A stretch of 64,000 nt of DNA from Terriglobia bacterium (GCA_963664115.2 CAXWPJ010000006.1:128001-192000); one strand, 5' to 3'. Counted from the stretch's first letter, positions 19,728 through 30,782 are shown. The notes: generated by a model from the sequence alone, not told the origin. Program-made: numbers and translations.

Positions 19728-20016
19728 TCAACCGGCCAGAGATTCGATCGTTTCGACTTCTTCAGCCGTGAGCGTGAGGTCACGGCTTGCGAGGCCCTGT
19801 TTCATATGGTGTGTGTCGCTGGTGCCCGCCAGCGGCAGCATCCCGATCGCCTGAGCGAATCGGAACACGACCTGAGCCGGTGTATGGTTGCCACGTGCGG
19901 CAACCTCTCTGATGAAGGGATGACCGAGAATGTCGGGATTGGCCGTGAGGAGAGAAAAACCCTGATAGACGATGTTTCGCTCACTACAAAACGCGTGCAC
20001 TTTCCGGTCCCATCCG
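19728..20016 (-). pseudogene. 3' fragment duplicate of aldo/keto reductase
   Basis: Nearly identical to 21970-22258; no 5' part; abuts the stop of the HD-GYP gene. Confidence 0.85.
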
Positions 20017-20017
20017 C

Positions 20018-21814
20018 TTAGTCGGTTGCAGGTGGCGGGATGTAGCCTGGAACCTTCGACAGGTCCACTTCATCGATCTGGTAGGCATCCAGGTACTCTC
20101 GGGCGTATCGCAGATAGACCTTTTCCCACATGAAGACGTCGAAGAGATCCGGATCGATATGACCATTGAGTTTTAGCTTGCCGAGAATCTCCAGCGATTC
20201 CGAGAGCGTCTTGCCTTTCTTGTAGGGACGGTCCTTGGCTGTCAGTGCCTCGAAGACATCTGCGATTCCCATGCAACGTGCTTGCACGGACATCTGCTCG
20301 CGTGTGAGACCTTGTGGATAGCCGGTCCCGTCCATATGCTCGTGGTGACCGCCCGCGTACTCGGCAACGTTGCTGAGGTGCTTTGGCCACGGCAGCGCCC
20401 CCAGCATCCGGTTTGTCGCCTCGATGTGATAGTTGATGATCTTGCGCTCGGCCTGGGTCAGCGTTCCCGCTCGGATCGTCAGATTCTCAATTTCGTTCTC
20501 AGTCAGGAAGTCACTGTGACGACCGTCGACATCCCTCCAGCAGTATTTAGAGGAAATGTGGATCACCCGCCGGACATCTTCGGGATTCATGAACTCGCCA
20601 CCGACATTCGAAAAACGCAGGAACTGGCGGTCTTCCTCGATTTCGGCAACGCGCACTTCGAAATCGCGGTCGGCGCTTTGATCATTACCCTCCTGACGGT
20701 CTTCGAGCTTTTCAAGTTTCGCGCGGAGCATCGAGATCTCAACATCGCGGCGCACCACCTCAAATCGAGTGTCGATGGTGTTGATGCGATCGTAGATCGT
20801 TTCCAACTTGGTTGCCTTGTCGACGACGTGTATTGGACTGGTAACTTTGCCGCAATCATGCAGCAGTCCGGCGATCTTCAGTTCGTAGCGATCTTCTTTA
20901 GTCATGGCGAAGCCGCTGAGGGGACCTTCAGTGCAGTCATCGACAGCATCGGCCAGCATCATGGTTAACAGTGGTACGCGGTCGCAGTGTCTGCCCGTGT
21001 ACGGAGACTTTTCATCGATCGCTCCATTCACCAGGCTGATGAAGGACTCGAATAGTTTCTCCAGGCGATTGATCAGCAAGCGATTGGTCAACGCGACCGC
21101 CGCCTGGGACGCGAGCGACTCGGCCAGCTCCTGGTCCTCGTCTGAGAAGGGCACGACATCATCCGTTACCCGATCTCTGGCGTTCAACAACTGCAGGACG
21201 CCGATGATTTCGTTTTCATGGTTTTTCATCGGCACGGTCAGGAATGACTTCGAACGGTATCCCGTCTTTCTGTCGAATTCCCGTGTACCGGAGAAATCGA
21301 AGCCTTCTTCGGTGTAGGCATCGGCGATGTTCAGCGTTGCATCGTGGTGGTAGGCATAGGATACGACGTTCGAATAAATCGGGTTCTCGTTCTCGTCGTA
21401 CAAGGGAATTGGAGCAAAAGGAATTTCCGGGCCTGCCCCGCCACCCATCGCGATATTGAGAGAATCCGTACGCATGATCTCAAATCGAAGCGTGCGCTCT
21501 TCCGTCACCCGATATAGCGTTCCACCGTCTGCGTGGGTCGTGTTTTTCGCCGCGGTCAGTATCGTCTCGAGCAGGTGGGCGATATCGGTTTCAGTGGAGA
21601 GCGCCACGCCGACTTCGTTCAGTTGTCTTAAACGTTCGATCAGGTCGCCGGAATCCGGTCCCAGTCGGAGGTGGCTCCACGCCTGCAAACCGGGCTTAAA
21701 AGGCACTACACGGGCACTTTGAATGACGTTCTCCAGGGCCGGTTCGATTTCGTCTTTTCTTAGGGCACGCATCACTGCTCCATGTCCTTGAAATTCCGGT
21801 GTGTGTCCCCGCAT
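20018..21814 (-). CDS. GAF + HD-GYP cyclic dinucleotide phosphodiesterase
   Basis: GAF domain; LLHDCGK; HHEHMDGTGYPQGL; ADVFEALTAKDRPYK; start could be 21772. Confidence 0.92.
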   Translation of the reverse strand: MRGHTPEFQGHGAVMRALRKDEIEPALENVIQSARVVPFKPGLQAWSHLRLGPDSGDLIERLRQLNEVGVALSTETDIAHLLETILTAAKNTTHADGGTLYRVTEERTLRFEIMRTDSLNIAMGGGAGPEIPFAPIPLYDENENPIYSNVVSYAYHHDATLNIADAYTEEGFDFSGTREFDRKTGYRSKSFLTVPMKNHENEIIGVLQLLNARDRVTDDVVPFSDEDQELAESLASQAAVALTNRLLINRLEKLFESFISLVNGAIDEKSPYTGRHCDRVPLLTMMLADAVDDCTEGPLSGFAMTKEDRYELKIAGLLHDCGKVTSPIHVVDKATKLETIYDRINTIDTRFEVVRRDVEISMLRAKLEKLEDRQEGNDQSADRDFEVRVAEIEEDRQFLRFSNVGGEFMNPEDVRRVIHISSKYCWRDVDGRHSDFLTENEIENLTIRAGTLTQAERKIINYHIEATNRMLGALPWPKHLSNVAEYAGGHHEHMDGTGYPQGLTREQMSVQARCMGIADVFEALTAKDRPYKKGKTLSESLEILGKLKLNGHIDPDLFDVFMWEKVYLRYAREYLDAYQIDEVDLSKVPGYIPPPATD

Positions 21815-21969
21815 CCCCTCCGGTTAAATCCTCGGAACACACCTCGAATGTCAGTAGACCTCACATTGATCTTATCGGCTATGTTTACCCATTCATTTAG
21901 GAGCAGGTAGACCTAAGGAAAGCAAAATGCACGGGGCCCCAGGAGTTGAGGGATCAGACCTTGCGATGA

Positions 21970-22806
21970 TCAACCGGCCAGAGATTCGATCGTTTCGACT
22001 TCTTCAGCCGTGAGCGTGAGGTCATGGCTTGCGAGGTCCTGTTTCATATGGTGGGTGTCGCTGGTGCCCGTCAGCGGCAGCATCCCGATCGCCTGAGCGA
22101 ATCGGAACACGACTTGAGCCGGTGTATGGTTGCCACGTGCGGCAATCTCTCTGATGAAGGGATGACCGAGAATGTCGGGATTGGCCGTGAGGAGAGAAAA
22201 ACCCTGATAGACGATGTTTCGCTCACTACAAAACCTGCGCACTTCCCGGTCCCATCCGTGGATGGCATAACAGCGGTTCTGAACGAATCGAGGAGCCTCG
22301 CCATGGAGGGCGGTCATCTGTTCAAGGTGCAGCAGTGAAACATTGCTGACGCCCAGGAGTCGGGCTCGGCCCGCATCGCGTTCGGCCACCATCGCAGTCC
22401 AGACTTCAGCGTCCGCATCGGTCCAGCCATAGTGGGCTGAGGGGCCGTGTAATACGTAGGAATCAACGTAGTCCGTGCCCAGATGCTCGAGCGAACTGGC
22501 CATCGATTGTGCGACCTGAATGGACAGTCCCGCCGCCGGATCGTAAGGTAGCCGGTGGTCCTGACCACTCTGGTAGGTAAATTTCGATTGCAGGAATAGG
22601 TTTTCGCGCCGGACCAGGTCTGCGCCATACGCCGCAGCCAAGGCTGCCCCCACTCCGGCTTCGACGTAGTGCCGACGCTGGTTCGCGGTGTCTATACCGC
22701 GGAAGCCCGCTCCGAGAGCAAGCTCGGTGAGGGCCTGCGTGCGGTCTTCTTTCCATGCAGTTCCATAAAGGAAGTCCGGAATGGGTGTCGACTGATTTGT
22801 CGTCAT
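21970..22806 (-). CDS. Aldo/keto reductase
   Basis: GFRGIDTA, LFLQSK, LGTDYVDSYVLHGP, LGVSN, TPAQVVFRF. Confidence 0.92.
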   Translation of the reverse strand: MTTNQSTPIPDFLYGTAWKEDRTQALTELALGAGFRGIDTANQRRHYVEAGVGAALAAAYGADLVRRENLFLQSKFTYQSGQDHRLPYDPAAGLSIQVAQSMASSLEHLGTDYVDSYVLHGPSAHYGWTDADAEVWTAMVAERDAGRARLLGVSNVSLLHLEQMTALHGEAPRFVQNRCYAIHGWDREVRRFCSERNIVYQGFSLLTANPDILGHPFIREIAARGNHTPAQVVFRFAQAIGMLPLTGTSDTHHMKQDLASHDLTLTAEEVETIESLAG

Positions 22807-22855
22807 CGCATCAGGTTTCTATGGTCGGCAGTCGTCGACGATGGCCACGGATAGC

Positions 22856-23257
22856 TTATCGATTCATGTGCGTGGTTCGTTCGGGGACGATGGTGTAGGT
22901 GACACGCACTTCTTCAGGAGTTCGGAACGGGTACGCGTCGAGATCCATATAACGCTTCGCCAGTGAATCGATATGCGCGTCCGCCGCGGATTCATCGATT
23001 GTTTCGACGTGTCCGCGGACTTCCAAATAGCGATAGGGATTGGTCGGTTCGGTCATGACGATCGCGACTCTGGGATCGCGGCGCATGTTCTTGTCTTTTA
23101 CCCGACCTTTCGCGGAGTTGATCCGGATATTGCTGCCGTCGTAGTCGAACCAGACAGGCGTGACCTGCGGGCTGCCGTCAGGCATCACGGTTGAAAGCGA
23201 CGCAACGATTGGCTTATCCAACAGGTCTTTCATTTCTTCCGGGATGACGCTGCTCAT
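22856..23257 (-). CDS. PPOX class F420-dependent oxidoreductase
   Basis: LSTVMPDGSPQVTPVW...GRVKDKNMRRDPRVAI...PYRYLEVRG. Confidence 0.9.
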   Translation of the reverse strand: MSSVIPEEMKDLLDKPIVASLSTVMPDGSPQVTPVWFDYDGSNIRINSAKGRVKDKNMRRDPRVAIVMTEPTNPYRYLEVRGHVETIDESAADAHIDSLAKRYMDLDAYPFRTPEEVRVTYTIVPERTTHMNR

Positions 23258-23387
23258 GCAATGCTCCTTTTTTTGTTTCTAAAAATATAGCGATCCGCGG
23301 TCCGATCGGTCCGATTCCAGGGCAAAAGTATACTGTACTCTTCCATAAAAAATTGCGGGCCCGGGCGAACAACAAGTCGAAAGGCCT

Positions 23388-24047
23388 GTGATGGCCCCTC
23401 GCAGGCTTATGTTCTATCCTTCAAGAGACACGATGACTCGAAAAACCGCTTATCTCATCCGCCATGCTCAAAGCCACCCTTCATCTAAAGTGGCGGAGGC
23501 GGACTGGCCCCTGAGCGAGCGTGGACAGCAGCAGGCGGCCCAGCTTGGCCCTCTATTGGAGCCGCTCGACATCGACCGGATGTATTCCAGTCCCTACCTT
23601 CGCACACTGAGCACAATCGATTCGTTTGCGAAAAGTCAGGGACTGGAGGTCATTGTGGATTCCGACCTGCGTGAGCGCAAGATCACCGACAGGGTTCGAA
23701 AAGACTTTCCGGAACTCTGGTTGCGGTCCTGGCAGGATTTCTCCTTTGCCTTGCCGGGATGCGAAAACTCTTTCGACGCACAACGGCGATTCGTTGGCGC
23801 GGTAAGCCGTATCGTGACGGAAGAAACTTGTTCCACGATAGCGATCAGTGCTCATGGAAACGTCATCGCGCTCATGCTCAACCACGTGGAACCCGGATAC
23901 GGATGGGAAGAGGCGGATGGTCTGAGAAATCCGGACGTAGTCAAACTCGAACTTACCGGCGGAGGTCTCCGTTGGGATCGGGGTTTCCGTCTTTCCGGAA
24001 TTGACAACATCGTCACCCTCCATGAGGACACACCCATCGATTGGTAA
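23388..24047 (+). CDS. Histidine phosphatase family protein
   Basis: LIRHAQS, SSPYLRT, DLRER, SAHGNVI; start probably at MTRK. Confidence 0.88.
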   Translation: MMAPRRLMFYPSRDTMTRKTAYLIRHAQSHPSSKVAEADWPLSERGQQQAAQLGPLLEPLDIDRMYSSPYLRTLSTIDSFAKSQGLEVIVDSDLRERKITDRVRKDFPELWLRSWQDFSFALPGCENSFDAQRRFVGAVSRIVTEETCSTIAISAHGNVIALMLNHVEPGYGWEEADGLRNPDVVKLELTGGGLRWDRGFRLSGIDNIVTLHEDTPIDW

Positions 24048-24605
24048 GTTGCGACTGCCTGAGATCAAGGCGCCGCTCACTCAAAGCAGTCAATCAGGAT
24101 CGATAATCACGTACTTGCAGGAGGTGCCTCAGGACAGCTCAAGGAAATCGCGACACCGTTGCACCGGAAATGACTCCGATGTCCAATCTCTTTCTGTCTA
24201 TGCTCGATCAATTGGGAGTTGATCCGGAGAGCTTCGGCGACAGTAGCGGTAAGCCGGACAGTTCATTTGGCCTCGCGCGACAACAATCCTTATAAATCAA
24301 TCGCTTAGTAGAAGTCGGTGCTGGCCTCGAGCTGGGCTGGAACGACGACAGTCAATCGACCGATATATTTATGTAACCAATTACCATATTTGCCCGTATT
24401 TCCGGTTAATAGGAGTAGCAAAGTACCTTACTCCTTTGGCGGCCCGCTGGCTTGAAAAAGCGTTCACCCTAAAGGCCGGTGGGCCTCCATGATGCAGTGA
24501 TTTCGTCCCCCTTGCGGGAAGCATTCCGCTCCTGGTTTCCAGTGACACTCACGTTGATCGTGCGCCCCTCCACACGTACTATGAAAGGGCTGTCAGAGGT
24601 TCGCC

Positions 24606-25193
24606 ATCGATACGCCCATCCATTTTTGTCGATTTCGGGAATCGGACCTGCCCGAGATTACGCGGCTTATTCAAGAAAACCTGGTCTGGAAGCTCTCCGA
24701 ATCGGAACGCGCGGACGGTTTCCTTTCTGTCGATTTCGGGCCCGAGCAAATCATTCGAATCGACCGCAGTATTCCGATCGTCGTTGGACAACGGGGGCAG
24801 TCTTTAGCAGGATTTCTGATGGGAAGCACTCTCGGCGAGAGTGCCAGGATTCCTATTCTCGCCAAGATGATCGAGTGCTACGACTCGGTTCGCTTCGACG
24901 GGCGGTTCCTCAACGAATACCGGTCGTACGTATACGGCCCGGTCTGTGTCGACCGGGCCGTTCGTGGTCAGGGAGTCCTCGAAAGTCTCTTTCGTGAGTG
25001 TCTGGCACAACTCGCGGGTCGGTTCGAAGTGGGTGTGCTATTCATTTCCGCCGAAAATCAGCGTTCCATCGAAGCGCACCGGCGCAAGCTAGGGATGCGG
25101 TGGGTCGGTGAATTTGAGTTCGAGGCAAAGGTGTTTCACGTTCTCGCGTTCCACCTGCCAGATTCGCCAACAAAGAACGCCCGTAAGGGTTAG
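24606..25193 (+). CDS. GNAT family acetyltransferase, apparent ATC start
   Basis: Frame open from 24585; (I)DTPIHFCRFRESDLPEITRLIQENL...ADGFLS...YGPVCVDRAVRGQG...NQRSIEAH; SD AGAGGT 5 nt before ATC. Confidence 0.65.
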   Translation: MDTPIHFCRFRESDLPEITRLIQENLVWKLSESERADGFLSVDFGPEQIIRIDRSIPIVVGQRGQSLAGFLMGSTLGESARIPILAKMIECYDSVRFDGRFLNEYRSYVYGPVCVDRAVRGQGVLESLFRECLAQLAGRFEVGVLFISAENQRSIEAHRRKLGMRWVGEFEFEAKVFHVLAFHLPDSPTKNARKG

Positions 25194-25231
25194 CGAAATT
25201 ATATAATGGCGTCCATTCTCAGGAGGTTGTT

Positions 25232-26308
25232 GTGATGGATCGAATCCGTTTCTTGTTACCTGTCCTGTTAGTCAGCCTGTCCGCGTGCGCGCCGGGCGAA
25301 CCGGTGACGCCTGATGGAGACGCGGCAGGGAGCGCCGTGCCAGCCGGGACGCTGCACAACGGACCGGCGTTCCAGTTTAATGAAATTGCCGAGGGTGTTT
25401 ACCATATCGTGGGTACGGGGTCGCTGACCGCCGGTGCGAATTCCGTCGCAATCGTTAATGAAGAGGACGTCATGCTGGTGGATTCCCACATCTCACCCGC
25501 AGCCGCATTTGTGCTCCAGGAAGAGCTCCTCAACATTACCGACAAACCGATCCGCTATGTTGTGAACACGCACTATCACTTCGATCACGCGGATGGGAAC
25601 CAGGTGTTTGGCGACGACGTCGAGGTAATCGGCCATCGCTTCACGCGTGAGGCCCTGGAAGGGAATCCCCTGGAGGGGCGAACGTTTCAGACCTTCACTT
25701 CAGGCATTCCCGGACAGATCGAACAGTTGCAAATCGACGTTGACGGGGCTTCGGAAGCAGACCGCGCCGAGCTGGAAGAGCGGTTGTTTGTTCTGGAAAA
25801 CTACCGCGATGCTCTTGCCGAGGTCCGACCCACGCCGCCAAACCTGACGCTGGATCGAAAGATGACGATCTTCGCAGGCGACAGAGAGATCCAGTTGTTG
25901 TTCGTCGGCCGTGCGCATACGGGCGGTGACGTTCTTGTCTACCTGCCTGCTGAGGGAATTCTGTGCAGCGGTGATCTGCTGGTGGAGGGCCTCGCGTTTA
26001 TGGGAGACGGGTATGTTGACGAGTGGATCGGTGCCTTGGACGCCGTCGCCGAGCTGGACTTCGATACCGTACTGCCCGGGCATGGAGCGGCCTTTACAGG
26101 GAAAGACAAGGTCGCTTCTTTCAGGTCGTACCTGGCGGACCTCTGGACCCAGACAAACCAACTTCACGGGCAGGGTGTTTCGGCCCCAGATGCTGCGGCA
26201 ATGGTGGATCTGACGGTCCACAGCAATGCATACCCGCAGATTGAAGGCCCGGGTGCTGATGCTTTAGCCGTTCAGCGGATCTACGAATTGCTGGATGGGG
26301 AAGAATAG
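25232..26308 (+). CDS. MBL-fold metallo-hydrolase lipoprotein
   Basis: Lipobox LSAC; THYHFDHADGN, AHTGGD, SGDL, PGHG. Confidence 0.9.
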   Translation: MMDRIRFLLPVLLVSLSACAPGEPVTPDGDAAGSAVPAGTLHNGPAFQFNEIAEGVYHIVGTGSLTAGANSVAIVNEEDVMLVDSHISPAAAFVLQEELLNITDKPIRYVVNTHYHFDHADGNQVFGDDVEVIGHRFTREALEGNPLEGRTFQTFTSGIPGQIEQLQIDVDGASEADRAELEERLFVLENYRDALAEVRPTPPNLTLDRKMTIFAGDREIQLLFVGRAHTGGDVLVYLPAEGILCSGDLLVEGLAFMGDGYVDEWIGALDAVAELDFDTVLPGHGAAFTGKDKVASFRSYLADLWTQTNQLHGQGVSAPDAAAMVDLTVHSNAYPQIEGPGADALAVQRIYELLDGEE

Positions 26309-26375
26309 ATAGTGCGGGACGGAGACCTGATTCTTAGAATTGCGCCTCCGTCCCTGAACTAAGCGACCACCCCCA

Positions 26376-27215
26376 TCATCGCCGGCGGACGTCGGAGGCC
26401 AGCCCCAGGCTCTCCAGCAAACGGACCGTATACCAACCGCAATCAATTTGCCACAAGTGTCGGCCAAACGATGCTGAGCTTGGAGAGGCGTGGTGGTTTT
26501 CGTGCCAGTTTTCGCCCCACGCTGTCAGCTGCAGCGGCCCCAGCCACCATATGTTCCGTGCCGATTCCTCTCCGATGGGTATGTCCTTTTTCATGTGAAG
26601 GATGCTGTTGACGGCTGCCTGCAGGTGCAGGGCATAGGCGAGCCGAATCCCGCCGAGCCAGAACAGTCCGGGCCAGCCAAAGAGAAACCATCCGCAGGTC
26701 AACGATGTGGCTATCAGGGGGATGTGGATGTGTTGCCAGAAGCGATAGCGCGGGGCCAACAGGTCTGGACACCATCGGCTGAGACTGCATTGCGGTATCT
26801 GGTAGAGACATCGCAAATGGGCCCACCAGAATCCACCGTAGCGGGGGCTGGATACATCGTCCACTGTATCTGAGTGCGCGTGGTGATATCGGTGATTGGC
26901 GACCCAAGTACCGGGGACACCGGAACCGTTGAATACTGCGAAGAAAATGAGTAATTGTTCCGCAAACGGGTTCAGCCGCAAGGCGCGATGAGACAACGCG
27001 CGGTGATAGGCGACGGTGGTTCCCAATCCTCCTAGACCGGTCATCGCGAGCGCTGTCAGGAAGACGGGCCACCCGGGAAGAGGAAACAGGACGAGTCCTA
27101 CTCCAGCTAAGGCATGAATCAATATGAGATAGATGAAAACTGCAACGTCACCGTTGTTGGTTTGATACCACGGCTGGGTCCAGGGATGTGGGCGAACCTG
27201 CCCTGTATTTTGCAT
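26376..27215 (-). CDS. Acyl-CoA (delta-9 type) fatty acid desaturase
   Basis: His boxes YHRALSH, HRYHH, GENWHENHH. Confidence 0.9.
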   Translation of the reverse strand: MQNTGQVRPHPWTQPWYQTNNGDVAVFIYLILIHALAGVGLVLFPLPGWPVFLTALAMTGLGGLGTTVAYHRALSHRALRLNPFAEQLLIFFAVFNGSGVPGTWVANHRYHHAHSDTVDDVSSPRYGGFWWAHLRCLYQIPQCSLSRWCPDLLAPRYRFWQHIHIPLIATSLTCGWFLFGWPGLFWLGGIRLAYALHLQAAVNSILHMKKDIPIGEESARNIWWLGPLQLTAWGENWHENHHASPSSASFGRHLWQIDCGWYTVRLLESLGLASDVRRR

Positions 27216-27393
27216 TCGTATTCCTGCCTTCTATGTGAAGAAAGTTGCTCTTTAAAATGGTGGGTTCAGTGTGTGGCTCGGAGCGACCTCCAGGCTGCAA
27301 TTCAGACCGGAGTAATAGTAACATTGGAATCCGCAATTTGTCGCCGAGACTCACCCTCCCCGGGGGACCGTCTTATTAGAGCGAAGGAGAGAT

Positions 27394-28509
27394 ATGGCTT
27401 TCAAGTACCGTGCCGATCAGGTGGGCAGCTTCCTGCGTCCTCCGCAACTATTGGATGCGCGCGAGGATCCAGGTATTTCCCCTGACGAGCTCAAAGATAT
27501 CGAGGATCAGCACATTCTTCATGTGTTGGCGCGGCAGAAGGACATCGGTCTCGAGATTTTTACCGACGGAGAATTCCGCCGCAGCAGTTTCATGGGCGAC
27601 TTCTATGATTCGGTTGAAGGATTGGACACACGCGGGACCGTCGAACGGAAGTGGAAGCAGAGTGAAGCCGGTGACCCTAAGAGCGGTGCGTCGGCGATTC
27701 CTCTGCTCGGTGTCGTCGTCGAACCCATCAAGCAAACAAAGCGTCTTGCGAAGGACGAATTGGACTTTCTGAAACAGCACAGTCCGGGCGACATTAAGAT
27801 GACGTTGCCGACTGCGAACCAGTTTCCGGCGATCATGTACAAGAAAGGGCTTAGCGAGTCGGCCTATCCCACGTATTCGGATTTCCTGTGGGATATCGTC
27901 CCTATCTTTAGATCCGAGATCGAATCACTGGCGCGTGAGGGCGTGTCCTACATTCAGATCGATGCTCCACGTTATACCTATTACATTGACCCCAAATGGC
28001 GCCGTTACGTCGCCAACGAGATGGGCGTCGATCCGGATCAAGCCCTGGACGAAGCCATTCGGGTCGACAACGCTTGCCTTGAAGGTGCAAAGAAGGCGGG
28101 TGTTACTCTGGCCATCCATCTCTGCCGCGGGAACAACAGAAGCCAATGGTACGCTGAAGGTGGCTACGATCCGATTGCCGAAAAGCTGTTCAACGAACTT
28201 AACGTAGACGTTTTTCTGCTCGAATATGAATCCGAGCGTTCCGGAAACTTTGAACCCCTGCGCTTTGTTCCTGACGACAAGGTCGTCGTTCTGGGTCTTC
28301 TTTCGAGTAAAGTGCCCGACTTGGAGTCGTCCGACTCGATTGTCTCTCGGATAAAAGAAGCGTCTCGATACGTGCCACTCGACAACTTGGCACTCAGTAC
28401 GCAGTGTGGATTTGCGTCGATGAAGGAAGGCAATCTGCTGACCGAAGACGACCAGTGGAAGAAGTTGGAGCGCGTCGTCGATACGGCGCGTCATGTCTGG
28501 AAGGCCTAA
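27394..28509 (+). CDS. Cobalamin-independent methionine synthase II family protein
   Basis: ADQVGSFLRP, TDGEFRR, IHLCRGN, LSTQCGFAS. Confidence 0.9.
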   Translation: MAFKYRADQVGSFLRPPQLLDAREDPGISPDELKDIEDQHILHVLARQKDIGLEIFTDGEFRRSSFMGDFYDSVEGLDTRGTVERKWKQSEAGDPKSGASAIPLLGVVVEPIKQTKRLAKDELDFLKQHSPGDIKMTLPTANQFPAIMYKKGLSESAYPTYSDFLWDIVPIFRSEIESLAREGVSYIQIDAPRYTYYIDPKWRRYVANEMGVDPDQALDEAIRVDNACLEGAKKAGVTLAIHLCRGNNRSQWYAEGGYDPIAEKLFNELNVDVFLLEYESERSGNFEPLRFVPDDKVVVLGLLSSKVPDLESSDSIVSRIKEASRYVPLDNLALSTQCGFASMKEGNLLTEDDQWKKLERVVDTARHVWKA

Positions 28510-28577
28510 TAATAGTGAGGACAGTGTGTCGGCCGGGCCCGGAACCGGGCCGCGGTCTCGAATTCTCCTCGAGGCTC

Positions 28578-29249
28578 TCAGCTCTTGTGAGCTAAAAAGA
28601 TGGTATGGCGGGGCCCGCCTTTTTTCCCCCGGCCGCGAACCTGCTCCACTTCGACCCTGAATCCTGCATAGCGAAGGCGTTGCTCGAACTTTCTATCTTC
28701 CCGGGCGGACCAGACCGCCAGCACCCCGCCACTTTTGAGGGCCGAGTGGGCGGAGGCCAATCCTCCGTCGTCGTAGAGTCGCTTGTTGCCGGATGTGGCA
28801 AATGCGCTTGGGCCGTTGTCCACGTCGAGTAGCACGGCATCGAAGCGGTCGGGAGCTCGGCTGAGCGTGACCGCGACATCGTTCACGTCAACCTGGACCC
28901 GCGTGTCATCGAGCGGGTGGCTGGTCAGTGGGCCGAGCACGCCATGGTTCCATTCCACAACTGCGGGTACGAGTTCTGCGACAACAACCGAAGCGTCGGG
29001 TGGCAGCAGGTCCAGCGTCGCGCGCAGCGTAAAGCTCATTCCGAGGCCTCCGACGAGAACCGACGGTTGCTCCATCGTCCGCGCCCTGCGGCAGGCGAGT
29101 GTGGCCAGGGCCTCCTCTGAGCCGTGCATGCGGCTCGACATGAGACTCTCCCCGCCTGCGAGAATGATGTACTCCCGGTCGCGGCGTGTCAGTTTCAGGT
29201 CTGTACCATCGGGGCTTAGTGATTCTCCGAGCAACTCCAGGTATTTCAT
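28578..29249 (-). CDS. Spermidine-synthase-like SAM-dependent methyltransferase
   Basis: LMSSRMHGSEEALA, VLVGGLGM, LLDVDNGP. Confidence 0.8.
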   Translation of the reverse strand: MKYLELLGESLSPDGTDLKLTRRDREYIILAGGESLMSSRMHGSEEALATLACRRARTMEQPSVLVGGLGMSFTLRATLDLLPPDASVVVAELVPAVVEWNHGVLGPLTSHPLDDTRVQVDVNDVAVTLSRAPDRFDAVLLDVDNGPSAFATSGNKRLYDDGGLASAHSALKSGGVLAVWSAREDRKFEQRLRYAGFRVEVEQVRGRGKKGGPRHTIFLAHKS

Positions 29250-29310
29250 TGAGTCATTGCCGCAAAGAGGTGGGTCGACGGTCTGTGCAGACGACGCTGT
29301 TCATCATACA

Positions 29311-29352
29311 AAAAGAAAGAGAGCGGGTTTCCTACCGCGCTCTCTTTCTTTT
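29311..29352. terminator. Intrinsic terminator downstream of glnA
   Basis: AAAAGAAAGAGAGCG...CGCTCTCTTTCTTTT hairpin. Confidence 0.8.
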
Positions 29353-29372
29353 CTGACCTGCTGAGTAAGCGA

Positions 29373-30782
29373 TCAGCAGCTGTAGGACTGCTGAAACTCG
29401 ATTGGGTGGGTCCATTGTCTCAGCGTAGTGACCTCTTCCATTTTCAAATCGATGTAGGCGTCGATCAGATCGTCGGTCATCACGCCCCCCTGGGTGAGGA
29501 ATTTGCGATCTTTGTCGAGAGCTTCCAGCGCGTCGTCCAGAGACGAACAGACCGTGGGCAGCTTCGCTTCTTCCTTCTCAGTCAGCGCGTACAGATCCTT
29601 GTCCATCGGTTTGCCCGGATCGATCTTGTTCTGAATGCCGTCCAGGCCCGCCATCATCATGGCAACGAAGCAAAAGTAGGGGTTTGCGGTGGAATCCGGG
29701 AACCGGACTTCGACGCGGCGTTGGTTCGGATTGGCAACGAAGGGGATCCGGATAGCAGCCGAGCGATTGAGCGCTGAATAGACCAGGAACGTTGGCGCTT
29801 CGAAGCCCGGCACGAGCCGCTTGTAGCTGTTCGTGCTCGCATTCGTGAAAGCGTTCAAGGCCCGTGCATGTTTAATGACGCCCCCGATGTAGTACAGGGC
29901 GAGCTTGGAAATGCCGCCGACTTCCTTGCCCGCAAACACGTTTTTGCCCTTTTTCACCAGTGACTGGTGGACGTGCATTCCATTCCCGTTGTCGCCAACC
30001 AGCGGTTTCGGCATGAAGGTCGCCGTTTTTCCAGCCTGATGCGCGACGTTGTGAATGACGTACTTCAATATCTGGATCTGGTCCGCCTTATCGACCAGAG
30101 ATCCGGCGGCGACACCGATTTCGCCCTGGCCAGCGGTCGCCACCTCATGATGGTGTACTTCGGATACCAGACCCATGGCGTTCAGCGCCACGCACATGTC
30201 CCCGCGAAGATCGCTTAGCGAGTCGACCGGGGGAACGGGAAAGTACCCCCCCTTTACGCCGGGCCGGTGGGCCAGATTGCCGCCGGGCAGATCATGACCC
30301 GAAACCCATGATGCTTCGTTAGAGTGGATTTCGTAAAACGCTCCCTGCATTTCCGCTCCGTACTTCACGTCGTCGAACACGAAGAATTCATTTTCCGGTC
30401 CGAAAAACGCATTGTCTGCGATCCCGGTTGACTTGAGGTATTTGAGGGCTCGCTTGGCGCAGGTACGCGGGCAGCGCTCGTAGCCCTCTCCAGTCAGCGG
30501 TTCGACGACGTCGCAGCGAATGTTGAGCTGTTTGTGTTTTGCAAAAATGTCAATGACCGACGTCTCTGAATCGGGCATCAGGATCATGTCCGATTCATTA
30601 ATAAACTTCCAGCCGGCAATCGAGGATCCGTCGAACATCTTTCCGCCCGTTAGGAAGGTCTTGTCAACCTCCCCAGCGGGCACCGTGACGTGCTGTTCTT
30701 TACCTTTGGTGTCGGTGAAGCGAAGATCGACGAATACGACGTCTTCCTTTTTTATGAGTTTAAGTACATCAGCGGGTGTCAT
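29373..30782 (-). CDS. glnA: Glutamine synthetase type I
   Basis: [59 protein letters not shown]; adenylylation-site Tyr in DKDLY. Confidence 0.97.
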   Translation of the reverse strand: MTPADVLKLIKKEDVVFVDLRFTDTKGKEQHVTVPAGEVDKTFLTGGKMFDGSSIAGWKFINESDMILMPDSETSVIDIFAKHKQLNIRCDVVEPLTGEGYERCPRTCAKRALKYLKSTGIADNAFFGPENEFFVFDDVKYGAEMQGAFYEIHSNEASWVSGHDLPGGNLAHRPGVKGGYFPVPPVDSLSDLRGDMCVALNAMGLVSEVHHHEVATAGQGEIGVAAGSLVDKADQIQILKYVIHNVAHQAGKTATFMPKPLVGDNGNGMHVHQSLVKKGKNVFAGKEVGGISKLALYYIGGVIKHARALNAFTNASTNSYKRLVPGFEAPTFLVYSALNRSAAIRIPFVANPNQRRVEVRFPDSTANPYFCFVAMMMAGLDGIQNKIDPGKPMDKDLYALTEKEEAKLPTVCSSLDDALEALDKDRKFLTQGGVMTDDLIDAYIDLKMEEVTTLRQWTHPIEFQQSYSC

